Origin: Macrostomum lignano
Lineage: Eukaryota
Assembly (NCBI GenBank): GCA_002269645.1
Contig: NIVC01001134.1
Location: 1-64,000, forward strand
Length of the DNA: 64,000 nucleotides
Reading direction: 5' to 3'
Position numbers and translations under genes: made by a program
In this document: positions 15,901 through 27,179 of the stretch, in pieces
Numbering within the stretch: the first letter of the stretch is position 1
How the letters are laid out: the number at the start of each line of letters is the position of its first letter
Notes under the pieces: model-generated
Seen by the model: only the letters and a program-made list of their open reading frames with translations
The model's database searches: none
Told to the model about the DNA's origin: nothing

Positions 15901-17099
15901 GGGTGACAAGCAGGTAGACAGTCGCAATATGCAGGTGATAGAGCGAGCTGAGCTCAGGATTAACAAAGAATGCGGAGGCCTGTGAGCCCCAGCCCAGACT
16001 GTCTGGCATGCAATTTCTACAAGCTACAAGTTCGAGGCTGATGGGGAATGTGAGGGAGGGGACCCCGCCCAGAATCAATGCCTGCACTGACGCGCATCGA
16101 TGGAACAGCATGAGGATTTTGAGTGCGCAGCTGGGCGATTTCGAGGGGGAAATGGAGAGAGTAGGGAACTGCTCCTCCCTTCACGTTCTCGCTGGGGCTT
16201 CGGGCAAAATAAAATTATACAAGCCAGGCCGCAGACAGACAGATGGAGCGAGGGTGTGTGCAATGGGATTATTTCCTCACCCCTTGCTCAACAAAAATCC
16301 CCATTCCCGCTCATCCGAACAGACCAACCCCCTCCGCTCCCGACTATACTAGAGTAGGGAGCTAGGGAGGATTATAAATCCTAGATGGCCGGCAACCCTC
16401 CGGTACCCAGGGCTGCAGTACAGCTGTGGTACACCCAGTGCATACAGATATTATGCAGACACAAGTCGCTGCTCCCACTAATTCTCTCCCAACTCCCCTC
16501 TCCTCCTCCACTATGCAACTCCCATGGCCTCTTTACTAAGCCCGTCTGGGAAGAGCTGGGAGAACTGTCCAAATTATCGATCGATCTTCTCCCCTCTGCA
16601 GTCTGGCCCCGCGCTCCGTGCACATGGGAGAGAGGAGAACCCGCTCAACCCAGACCCCTGCTCCCACGCTCGCCATCCCCTCTCAACTCCTGTTCCCCCT
16701 CTCCCCTATTCCCAGTTTCTCATCCTGGGCTGGACTGGCTGACTCTGAGCTCAATTCCCTTTCTACTTCTAACCTCTCTCTCGTTTCTCCCTTTCGTTTG
16801 CCAGCATAATCTGCAATTCCCAGACGAACAGCACAGGCCCGGCTGAGAAATCTGTCTGTTTGTGTGCGTGTTTTCTTGGAAATTCGAATCCACTACTTTA
16901 GACATTCGTTGCTGCCTGTTCACTTGACTGCTAGGCGGGGATGGGGCAGAGCGGGGTGGCTCAGCCTGGCTACAAGCCGGTGAATGCTTTTGAGTTGCGC
17001 CTTGTTCTCAAATGGCAGCCTGTCCTCTGCAAGCTGATGAATTTTCCGCCTTGTTCCGCTTAACAGACATCGAGAGTTTGGACTCCATTTTTCGCACCG

Positions 17100-17272
<173 letters not shown>

Positions 17273-17759
17273 GAAACAGCCCACACAAAAGCGCTGTCTC
17301 ACACGTCCGTAGCTCAGACTGGGAGCTTCCAATACTGCTGCTCTCTGAGCCCCTTTCGATTTTTGAGTCTCCTATCCTCTCGATTCCTCTCTCTCTAACA
17401 ACAGCGTAGCGCTAGGTAGATAGTATACAGCATACAGCATACAGTGTTCCAGTGGGTTCCCATGAGAGCACTGTGTGACTCATGTCCTGGCCAGCTGACT
17501 GACCCGGTGAGCCAGCGCCTCCCCCCCAGCCCTCCCGTACCGCATGCTCCTCGCGCATGAATTAATCATGAGTCAGAATTTCAAAGGGAAAGTCACCATG
17601 GCTGGCCAAGCCTGTTAAGCAAATGCTGCGGTTGGTCAGGGCGCGCAAGAAGTGCAAAATTATTGCTGAACTCTTAATTGATACAGACAGAAACTCAAGC
17701 TGACAAGAGCAGAAGACTGATGAGCAATTCAAGGTAGACGGACAGGCACTGCAAGCACT

Positions 17760-17760
17760 A

Positions 17761-17815
<55 letters not shown>

Positions 17816-17846
17816 GGCAGGCAGGCAGGTGGACAGACAGACAGGC

Positions 17847-17907
<61 letters not shown>

Positions 17908-17962
17908 GGCAGGTGGACAGACAAACAGACAGACAGACAGGCAAGCAGATAGACAGACAGGC

Positions 17963-17995
<33 letters not shown>

Positions 17996-18020
17996 GGCAG
18001 GCAGACAGACAGACAGACAG
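17760..18020. repeat. (GACA/GGCA)n microsatellite next to the KDM3 exon 3 donor
   Basis: Read directly. Confidence 0.95.
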
Positions 18021-18037
18021 TAATCAAAGCTACTCAC

Positions 18038-18341
18038 GCAGCTCCTTTCCAGGAAACTGCTCCTCCAACTTAGGCGGAGCTGACGCGGCAGGAGTCTCAG
18101 CAGCAGCCGCGGCCTCCTCCTTCTTGAGCCGCTTCTTGACTGGCCCAAACGTCCCGCAGGTGCCGATACCGCTGGAGCTCGCCGACGAAGACACTGGCGA
18201 CCGCTGCTGCTGAGCTTCGAGCTTCGGGGCCACGAGCCCGGGCCCGTTAGCGATCGGCGGCGACTCCGGCCTGGCGGGGTCGCCTGCTCCGCTGCTGCGG
18301 CGTTTCATGGCCCGCTTCTGATCTTCGCTGGCGTGGCTCGC
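18038..18341 (-). CDS. KDM3: KDM3-like exon 3 ([15 protein letters not shown]...PVKKRLKK, basic NLS-like patches)
   Basis: Acceptor CCCTCCGCTTCCCCCCGTCAG; donor C|GTGAGT. Length 304 nt, phase 0 to 1; GC-rich coding style. Confidence 0.75.
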
Positions 18342-18384
18342 CTGACGGGGGGAAGCGGAGGGTCGAGATTCCATGTTATTCGTA

Positions 18385-18660
18385 CTCTCATTGGAAATCT
18401 CAGGGTGGTCTGTCTCATCGGAAATCTCATATAGTCTCATCGGAAATCTCACGGTAGTCTCATCGAAAATCTCATAGTCTTAACGGAAATCTTATGGTAG
18501 TCTCAACACAAACCTCATGGTGGTCTCATCATAAATCTCATGGTGTCCCGACTCCCATCAGAATTCTTATAGTGTCATTGTAAATCTCATATAGTCTCAT
18601 CGGAAATCTCACATAGTCTCATCGAAAATCTCATGGTAGTCTCATCGGAAATCTCATGGT
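18385..18660. repeat. Degenerate about 24-bp minisatellite (TCTCATCGGAAATCTCATGGTAG)
   Basis: Tandem degenerate copies; a partial unit reappears at 21366-21380. Confidence 0.85.
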
Positions 18661-18662
18661 AG

Positions 18663-21365
18663 TGTTCGGGTCGGCCATTTTTTCGGGGTTCGGGGTTTAC
18701 CCCGAACCCGGTACCCCTACCCCGAACCCCGAACCCCGTCCCGAACATTTCTTCCAACCCCGAACCCCGAACCCGGTACCAAAACCCGACCCGACCCCGA
18801 ACGTAACCCCGAACATTTTCACCCTTATTTTGGTCAATCATTTTAATACATTAATACACTTTTTCCACCGATAAAGGTACAATATTCATTTGTACTTCAC
18901 TTCAATTGTAAGCCTTTTGGACGCGACGTTAGCTCATGAATGACTTGGGACAAACACAGGTTTATATTTGTTGTATAAGTGTAAATGGTATACTTCTTGC
19001 AATGGGATTGGGATTGAGATGGAAGGAATACCAAGACCCAAGATCTAATAGTAAGATACATGAAAGTTCACAACTAAAATCAGGACCATTTCGTACCTAT
19101 ACTTACAACGAAATTGCTTTCATAGTAATATTACATCTATGCGTTTATTTAAGCTGCAAAAATAGAGTACAATAAAATTAGATTATACCCTGTAGTGTAG
19201 ATATCAGTAGAGATAGAACTAGAGCGATAAAGAGATAGCACAGATAAAACAATGATACAATGAAACAGGAGAGTTAATCACAAATATATATTTATTTTTA
19301 CTTTTGACTACAGTTAACAGTAAGTCAGTAGTGGTATAACAGAATTGCTATGTAAAAACTAAAGTGACGTCTTTACATAAAATTGTATGCTGATATGAGT
19401 AGGTAATCATTGTGATAATTGATTATTGGCGACTGATGCGTGGAGAATAATAGTGTATTGAGGCGGAAGGCCTTTTTGTTTCAATAGGTGGAATGGCAGC
19501 AAAGAGTTTGTGCTGCTTTGCACGTGTATTTATATATTTACAAACAACGCCAGATTGAGGGGCCAAGCCAAGGGAGGTGCGAAACAGGTGGCGTGGCGCG
19601 ATTGGCTACGCCAACCCCCTGGCTTAGCGAGCCGGCTAGCGCGGTGCGCAACCACCCCACCTCAGCTAGACAGAGGTTGGGGGGTTTCCAGTGCGGCTGC
19701 ACTAGTCTGCCAGTCGCGTACAGTCTGGCCGCCACACAGCTCCCCCCAGCACCGAGCTAGGCCCCGAACGTCGGGTGGTAGCCGAGGCAGCGAGAGTGCA
19801 GAGGAGCGGGCGCCGAAAGCCGGGCGCCGAAGACCGCGGAGCTGCAGAAGAGCGGGCGCCGAAATCAACCGGGCGCCGAAGGCGGCAAGAGCGCGAGGCG
19901 AGCGCCGAAGGCTGCAGGGGCGCGAGGCGGAGGCGGGGGTCGCTGGCAGCAGGGCACCGGGCGGGCGCTGAGTGCAGCAGGGCGCCGAGCGGACGCCAAA
20001 GGCAGCAGGGCGCCAGGCGGGCGCCGAAGGCAGCAGCAGGGCGCCAGGCGGGCGCCGAAGGCAGCAGCAGGGCGCCAGGCGGGCGCCGAAGGCAGCAGCA
20101 GGGCGCCAGGCGGGCGCCGAAGGCAGCAGCAGGGCGCCAGGCGGACGCCGAAGGCAGCAGGGCGCCAGGCGGGCGCCGATGGCAGCAGGGCGCCAGGCGG
20201 GCGCCGATGGCAGTAGGGCGCCAGGCGGGCGCCGAAGGCAGCAGGGGCGCGCGGCCGGACCACACCCGAGGCAATCGACAGTCAGTTGCCGCCGTGAGCC
20301 GGATCGATGCTCCTGCACAGAGGCTGGGGACGTTAGGCTAGCAGCAGCGGTGCTAACCTAGAAGTAGCTGCAGCGTGTGGCGCTGGTTGGTCCAACGCGG
20401 GGGCCGAAAGGCGAGACCCCAGGAGCTACCGGGGGGCGGGCTGACTGGGCCGATTCGTGCTGCTGGGCTGCGGTGCTGCTGGGCTGCTGTGCTGCTGTGC
20501 TGCGGTGCTGCTGTTGCAGTCGGCCAAGGCGGTTGGCTGCCAGGACCGCACAGGGCCGACCAGGTAGGCCCAGCGTTCCGCGCTGGGAGTCGGGCTCACC
20601 AATGAGGCGGAAGGCCTTTTTGTTTCAATAGGTGGAATGGCAGCAAAGAGTTTGTGCTGCTTTGCGCGTGTATTTATATATTTACAAACAACGCCAGATT
20701 GAGGGGCCAAGCCAAGGGAGGTGCGAAACAGGTGGCGTGGCGCGATTGGCTACGCCAACCCCCTGGCTTAGCGAGCCGGCTAGCGCGGTGCGCAACCACC
20801 CCACCTCAGCTAGACAGAGGTTGGGGGGTTTCCAGTGCGGCTGCACTAGTCTGCCAGTCGCGTACAGTCTGGCCGCCACAGTATTTATAAATTTTAAGCT
20901 TCCTCATCCAATCCAGAAGTTCAGACCATGTTACACGTACACGTAGCACATGTAAAATTATTACTGAACGTAATTTTTTTAATCATCAACTGCAAGACTG
21001 AATGGGTCGAAAAACGACAATCGTTATTTACCAGAAAGTGTAAATGAATCCATGGTTCTATCTGCTATTTCCGTTTCAAATTGTATGTAAAACATAACTT
21101 AAGTTGTACCTGAAACTCAATGCATATCTTTCGCATTGTGGATTTTGCATAAGGAGTAAAAAGTGCTTGAAAATACTCTTGAGAATGATAATTGTTCAAA
21201 ACCCCGAAAACCCCGAAAACCCGGTGGCCAAACCCGACCCGAACCCCGAACCCGGTACCCCTACCCCGAACCCCGAACCCGACCCGGAACACCTACCCCG
21301 AACCCCGAACCCGGTACCAAAACCCAACCCGAAACCCGACCCGACCCCGAACCCCGAACACCCTA
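18663..21365. mobile_element. Probable hAT-like non-autonomous DNA element hosting the LTR element
   Basis: Ends (TAG..)TGTTCGGG and CCCGAACACCCTA; CCCCGAA/ACCCG subterminal clusters at both ends; TGGTAG duplicated at the flanks; AT-rich interior. The left terminus looks eroded. Confidence 0.5.
19459..20880 (-). mobile_element. Non-autonomous LTR retroelement (TRIM-like), 1422 bp
   Basis: 278-bp direct repeats at 19459-19736 and 20603-20880 with TG...CA ends and one mismatch seen. 4-bp TSD GTAT (19455-19458, 20881-20884). On the minus strand, PBS TGGTGAGCCCGAC follows the 5' LTR and PPT GGGGGAG precedes the 3' LTR. No gag/pol ORF. Confidence 0.92.
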
Positions 21366-22089
21366 TGGTAGTCTCATGATATTACTCTCGCCTAAAATAT
21401 CTGGCACTCTCACCCAAAATTTGTACAAAATTAATACTAGCCAAACTAAACTAGGACAAAACCAGGTACACAATGCTAGACTAGCATTTAATAAGGCCAC
21501 TCTATCCAACATACGAGACTCATTAAACTAAGAACCTTACTTATTGCTCTACACTACACACAAATTTTTTCTCTATATTCATACCCCATATGGGGCCTGC
21601 CACCCTCCCAATGCATTTTTCTCTTACCCTCAGTTGGTGACACACCCAATTTATAACCAGCAACTGCATAATTGCCCGCTGAGAGAAGAGGAGAGACGAA
21701 AAAGTGCAGACAGTCAGAAACTGCACGCAAGTTCAGAGTTGATTGCTTTAAGCCAGTTTTAAGTTCCATTCAGCTGACGCATACGATATGAGCTGTTTAC
21801 GCAGCTCGCCATTGAGACACTGAGACGTGCGAGAGCTTGCCGAGCGTGAAATTGTTGAGCTCAGCTCAACTCGCTAGCAGCTCAGCTATTCCGACCCTCG
21901 CCCAAGCAAAGCCACAAGAGATTCTGAGAGTAAGGAAACAGTAACTGCTGATACTCTCATCATTCACCCTCACTATTTAACTCGATTCTATAATGATGTG
22001 GCGGTGTCCGATGGTACGCACAACAGGGGATGGCCGATGGCGTATCTTAAATGTAGTCTGCTCTTGATAATTCTCCTGGCTCAGTGCAT

Positions 22090-22322
22090 AGCTCACTACA
22101 TTGACTAGTCTGTCTGTATCTGTCTGTCTGCCTGCCTGCCTGTCTGTCTGTCTGTCTGTCTGCCTGTCTTAGTGTCTGTCTGTCTGTGTCTGCCCGTCTG
22201 TCTGTCTGTCTGTCTGCCTGCCTGCTTGTCTGTCTGTCTGTCTGCCTGCCTGCCGGCCTGCTTGTCTGTCTGTCTGTCTGTCTGCCTGCCTTTCTACCTG
22301 TCTGTCTGTCTGCCTGTCTTAG

Positions 22323-22375
<53 letters not shown>

Positions 22376-22378
22376 GCC

Positions 22379-22411
<33 letters not shown>

Positions 22412-22470
22412 GCCTGTCTTAGTGTCTGTCTGTCTGCCTGTCTTAGTGTCTGTCTGTCTGCCTGTCTTAG

Positions 22471-22523
<53 letters not shown>

Positions 22524-22526
22524 GCC

Positions 22527-22559
<33 letters not shown>

Positions 22560-22660
22560 GCCTGTCTTAGTGTCTGTCTGTCTGCCTGTCTTAGTGTCTG
22601 TCTGTCTGTCTGTCTTAGTGTCTGTCTGTCTGCCTGTCTTAGTGTCTGTCTCTGTCTGCC
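22090..22660. repeat. (TGTC)n microsatellite with TGCC/TTAG interruptions
   Basis: Read directly. Confidence 0.95.
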
Positions 22661-23123
22661 AACTATTAATGCATAACAACCAGACCAAGACAGAATGGAA
22701 TCAGTGATTCGGATTTATTGAAGCTACTGATTCATATTCAATATCTCTAATTTTCAAAACAGCAATTGGAGAGAATTCCAGGCCGTGGGACCTCCGATTC
22801 TAGATAAAAGACGCCGCTGGATGCTCTCCCATGATTGCAGGAAAAGCAGTCACTGAGGCAGATCAAAGAGAGAAGCAGGCCAGCCAGCGTAGATTGCTCA
22901 GGGAGACAGACAGGGAAAATCACTGGAATCAACAGGCCTGATTTAGATAAGAAGGGTTGCTGTTGCTATTGCTGTATGGAAGAGGGGGGAACAGAAGAGG
23001 ATTGCAATAGGGGAACGAGTAGAAAAGAAGGTCAGATCAGGAGTCATTTCAGGCACAAAGATTCTGCAGGAGATGCAAGGAAAGATGCGGCACAGCGCCC
23101 CAGGGCATCAATCAAGCGCCAAC

Positions 23124-24588
23124 CTGGTCATCCGAGTCGCTGGGCCCCGTCGCCTCCTCTCGCTGCTCCTCCTGCACCCGGCGTAGCCAAGCCTTCTTCA
23201 GGCCGAACTTCTGCGCCGTGGCTGAGCAGGAGTTGCTGGCTGGCCCGGTAGCTCCGGCCGCAGTGGAGTGATGCTGCTGGCCCAGCTGATGATGCGGAGT
23301 GAGTCTGGAGCCGCCACCGCAGGCGCCGCTGCCCGCCGCGGGACCCGGTGTTCCCGTGCTGGTGATGGACCCGGTTGGCGAGGACGTGGAATTACTGGGA
23401 GTGTTGGACTTGTGCTGCTGCTGATGATGCTGGCTATGATGAGCGGAGTGATGCTGATGCTGCTGATGATGCTGGCTATGATGGGCGGAGTGATGCTGAT
23501 GCTGCTGATGGGGATTCTGCGGCTGCTGCGGCTGTTGCTGCTGTGGCTGCTGCTGAGGCGGCGGCGGCGGAGGCTGCAACTGCTGCGGATGATGCTGCTG
23601 TTGCTGTTGCTGCTGCTGCTGCTGGAAGTGCTGCTGAATCTGCTGAAGCTGCAGCTGATTAGGAACTGGCTGCTGCTGCTGATGGTGCTGCTGCTGCTGA
23701 TGGTGCTGTTGCTGCTGCATTTGTTGCTGTTGAAGCTGTTGCAGCTGCATGTGCAATTGCTGCTGTTGTTGTTGTTGTTGTTGCATCGCAGCTGCCTGCT
23801 CAAGGATCAACTGATGATGATGCTGCTGGTGCTGCTGCTGATAGAGCTGCTGCTGGTGATGCAGCTGCTGGTGCTGGCCTGATCTCTGGCCACCAGAAAC
23901 CGTCGCCGGCGGCACCTGACTGGGGCGTGATCCTCCGATACCAGCGGTTGAGGCGGCGGCGGCGGCCGCGGCCGCGGCTGCCACGGCTGCCAGAGCGAAG
24001 TTTGGCGCCGTTGAGGCGGCAGCCGCCGCGGCCGCCGCAGCCGCGCTGACAGAGGCTGGATAATTCTGATGCGGCTGCTGTTGCTGCTGCTGAGCAGCCT
24101 GATGAAGAGGAAGCGGCTGCTGAGCGGTGAGCACGGGGGGAGCGGAAGCTACGGCCGAGTTGGACGACTGCCGACCCTGCTGCTGCTGCTGCTGGTGCAG
24201 CAGGCTGTGTTGGTTGGTGAGCAGCGGAGGGCCCTGAGACAGCTGAGACTGTTGCGGACTGGGTTGCTGGGGCCGGCCACGTTGCTGCATAGCAACCCCA
24301 GAACTCGCGGGAGAATGATTGACGCGCTGCTGCTGAAGCAGATTCTGATCGGACTTGCTGCCCCCCAGCTGGCTGTTGATCTTCCCGATGCTCAGGTTGA
24401 AGTGCTGCTCGACCAGGTCGGAAGCTTGGACACCCGCCGCTGCGCCGCCACCGCCCCGCGAGTTCCCGCCGCCGCCGGTGGTGACAGCCAGCGAGGTCGA
24501 AATGGACGGCTGCAAACATTTTCTAGCCTTGGCGGGCGTCAGCGGCTCATCGTCTGGTGGACGTCTGGTCGCGTTGGGGCGCTGGGAG
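23124..24588 (-). CDS. KDM3: KDM3-like exon 2 (Q/H/A-rich IDR, KFGLKKAWLRR motif)
   Basis: Acceptor TTTCCATCCTGCAG at 24589; open frame continues into ORF 23112-24515; donor CAG|GTTGGC at 23123. Length 1465 nt, phase 2 to 0. Confidence 0.75.
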
Positions 24589-24689
24589 CTGCAGGATGGA
24601 AATTTTTAGTTAGGGCTTAGTTAGGGTGAGAAAAAAGGTGGTAAGAGGGGAGAGGAAATTGAAACTGGAAGGGTTGGATAGGGAAGTGA

Positions 24690-25070
24690 GTGGAGCGGGA
24701 GGCAGAGGGAGAGGGCAAGGCAGAGAGGGAGAGGGCAAGGCAGAGAGGGAGAGGGCAAGGCAGAGGGAGAGGGCAAGGCAGAGAGGGAGAGGGCAAGGCA
24801 GAGAGGGAGAGGGCAAGGCAGAGGGAGAGGGCAAGGCAGAGAGGGAGAGGGCAAGGCAGAGAGGGAGAGGGCAAGGCAGAGAGGGAGAGGGCAAGGCAGA
24901 GGGAGAGGGCAAGGCAGAGAGGGAGAGGGCAAGGCAGAGAGGGAGAGGGCAAGGCAGGGAGGGAGAGGGCAAGGCAGAGGGAGAGGGCAAGGCAGAGGGA
25001 GAGGGCAAGGCAGAGGGAGAGGGCAAGACAGGGGGAGCAAAACAGAGGGAGGGCAAGGCAGAGGGAGAAG
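24690..25070. repeat. 18/20-bp minisatellite (GAGGGCAAGGCA(GA)GAGGGA) in KDM3 intron 1
   Basis: Tandem copies read directly. Confidence 0.95.
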
Positions 25071-26370
25071 GTACGGATATAAATATGCGAGCAGAATCGG
25101 GCAGACCTGAGCAGATCGAAGATCACATGTTTTAGAAGCTGAAAATCTGATGCATTACATTACATTATCCCCAGAATTACCAGCCATTAGAGAGAAGCCC
25201 AGTATTAATAGGCAATAGTAAGTCAGGCATTTGCTTTCTCGATGCTGCTGTCTGCGTTAAACTTCTGGAAAAGGTATCAATTTCCGGCTCTTGGGGGCGA
25301 CGTAGCGTTAAGCTTGCTACTGCTGGAATAGAGTTTACTGGAGTGCAGGGTCCCCACTTCAAATCGTTTGCAACACTTGAAAAACGCAGACTAGCTAAAA
25401 GAGAAACAGAAACAAGGGATACGCTAGAACAGAATCTGTTAACTTCATAAAAACTGTTAAGAAGTAAGTATCGTTAAGCTTGTCGTTAACTTAAGCTAAA
25501 TCGTGGTCAGTGGAAGGCAAGGTTAGAAATGTTTGGCACTAAGCGTCGTAGATAGGTGCGAACTGTCTGTCTTACAGTGTGTGCATGTACATTGGAAGTT
25601 TGGTAAGATATGAATCAGCCAGCTTTTATGAGTTAAAGTAGTACGCAAATAGTGAGTTTCATCATAATAAACCTGACTAGAAATAGAAAATAGTTCGATT
25701 GCTATCTTGGCAAGGTAGAAATAGTGCTAATAAATAGTATTGCATTGATGCGTAATTGTAAGCAAAGTTCGTAGCTGCTGCGCTGTGCTAATGCGTGCCA
25801 TTTCTAGCTTTCTTGTTCTCTCTATATTGCTTTATTGCCTGAATGAGAGGAAGGAAATTTGGCACTGGTACAAAGACTGGAAGAAAGAAAGAGTGCGTGT
25901 GGAGAGGGAGGGGCCTTGTTTCATTTCAACCCCCAGCCGCGAGAATCGGAACACCCATTTACTGGATGGCCCCAAAGGGGGGTTCAGGAATGTACATTCA
26001 ATATAATTAGCTGAATGTACATACGCGCCAGTCTGACTCACACAGCAGTTCTTTCTATACACAGGGATTGCAATGTACATTGCCTAAAGGCTCTGTTAGT
26101 TCTACGCAAACCTCAACGTCGTAAATGTCCAAGCATAGATAAAGATAAAGTATGCCCTCTGGTATACTTTATCTATGTGTCCAAGCCCCCATCCCCATGG
26201 CCGGCACTAAGCTGAATACTGAACTCCATGTTTGAACGTGCCGTATAATTTTACACAATTCAAAGAAAGCGAAGCACGACGCAGAAGCAACGGCTTGCAA
26301 CGTGCCTGCTTTTTATTGTATAATTGATGCTATGATTAAATGTAATTTCTATTTACTGACTCTCTCTCAC

Positions 26371-27179
26371 CTGTCAGCCTGGGTTGATGCCGGATTTCGA
26401 TATAAATCGTCTTGAAACTGGTGCAGCATCCAAAATGGCGGCTGCGGCACATCCGGGAACTGCGCTTCCCATCGATTTATTAGGCCATTGTATTTCTGCT
26501 GTTGTTGCTGCTGCTGCTGTTGTTGCTGTTGTTGCATCATCTGAGAATGAGCCTGCAAACGTTGCAACTCCATCTGCTGCTGAGCTCTTTGAAGGCCAAG
26601 CAGCAATTGCTGCTGCTGAACCTGTTGCTGCTGCTGCTGCTGTTGTTGTTGTTGCTGCTGCTGCTGTTGTTGTTGTTGCTGCTGCTGCTGCTGCTGCTGT
26701 TGATGATGATGATGCAATGCAGCTTGAACTTGCTGCTGCTGCTGCTGCTGCTGAAGAGCAGCCAGCTGGTACATCTGCGCTTGAAGCTGCTGCTCGGCTG
26801 ATACTGGCAGACCGGAGCCTAGCGTTGCCTCCTGTTGTTGCGGCGGTGGCTGCTTTGGCAAAGAGTTCAGCAGACCTGGTGGGAACTTAACCAACCCAGC
26901 AGTTGAGTAGTTGAGCCCGCCGCTGCCGCCTCCACCGCCGCCGCCACCACCGCCACTACCGCCGCCGCCGCCGCCGCCGTAGTTGGATTTGTCCAATGGC
27001 GAATGCTGCTGGAGCGGTTGCTGTTGCTGGTGCTGTGCTTGCTGCTGATGCTGCTGCTGCGGTGAAACGGCGGCCGCTGCCGCGGCAGCCGTCAAAACCT
27101 GGGCAGCCGTTGTCTGATGGCGCTGGGTAAGTACGGCCTGACCCTGGCCTCCATTGCTGTTCATTAACTTCTTATGCAT
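26371..27179 (-). CDS. KDM3: KDM3/JMJD1-like gene, exon 1 (polyQ/polyG low-complexity N-terminus)
   Basis: ORF MHKKLMNS...QAD with donor CAG|GTGAGA at 26370. The 809-nt exon ends in phase 2, matching the next exon. Assignment to KDM3 rests on phase-consistent splicing and shared Q-rich composition, not domain homology. Confidence 0.7.

Noticed and set aside
16000-16920. Possible extra KDM3 exon or TE fragment in intron 3
   Set aside because: ORFs lack recognisable motifs, and exons 3 and 4 already join in phase.
19662-20361. Ala/Arg/Pro-rich ORFs inside the LTR element
   Set aside because: Multi-frame products of a GC-rich tandem array; no gag zinc knuckle, protease or RT motifs.
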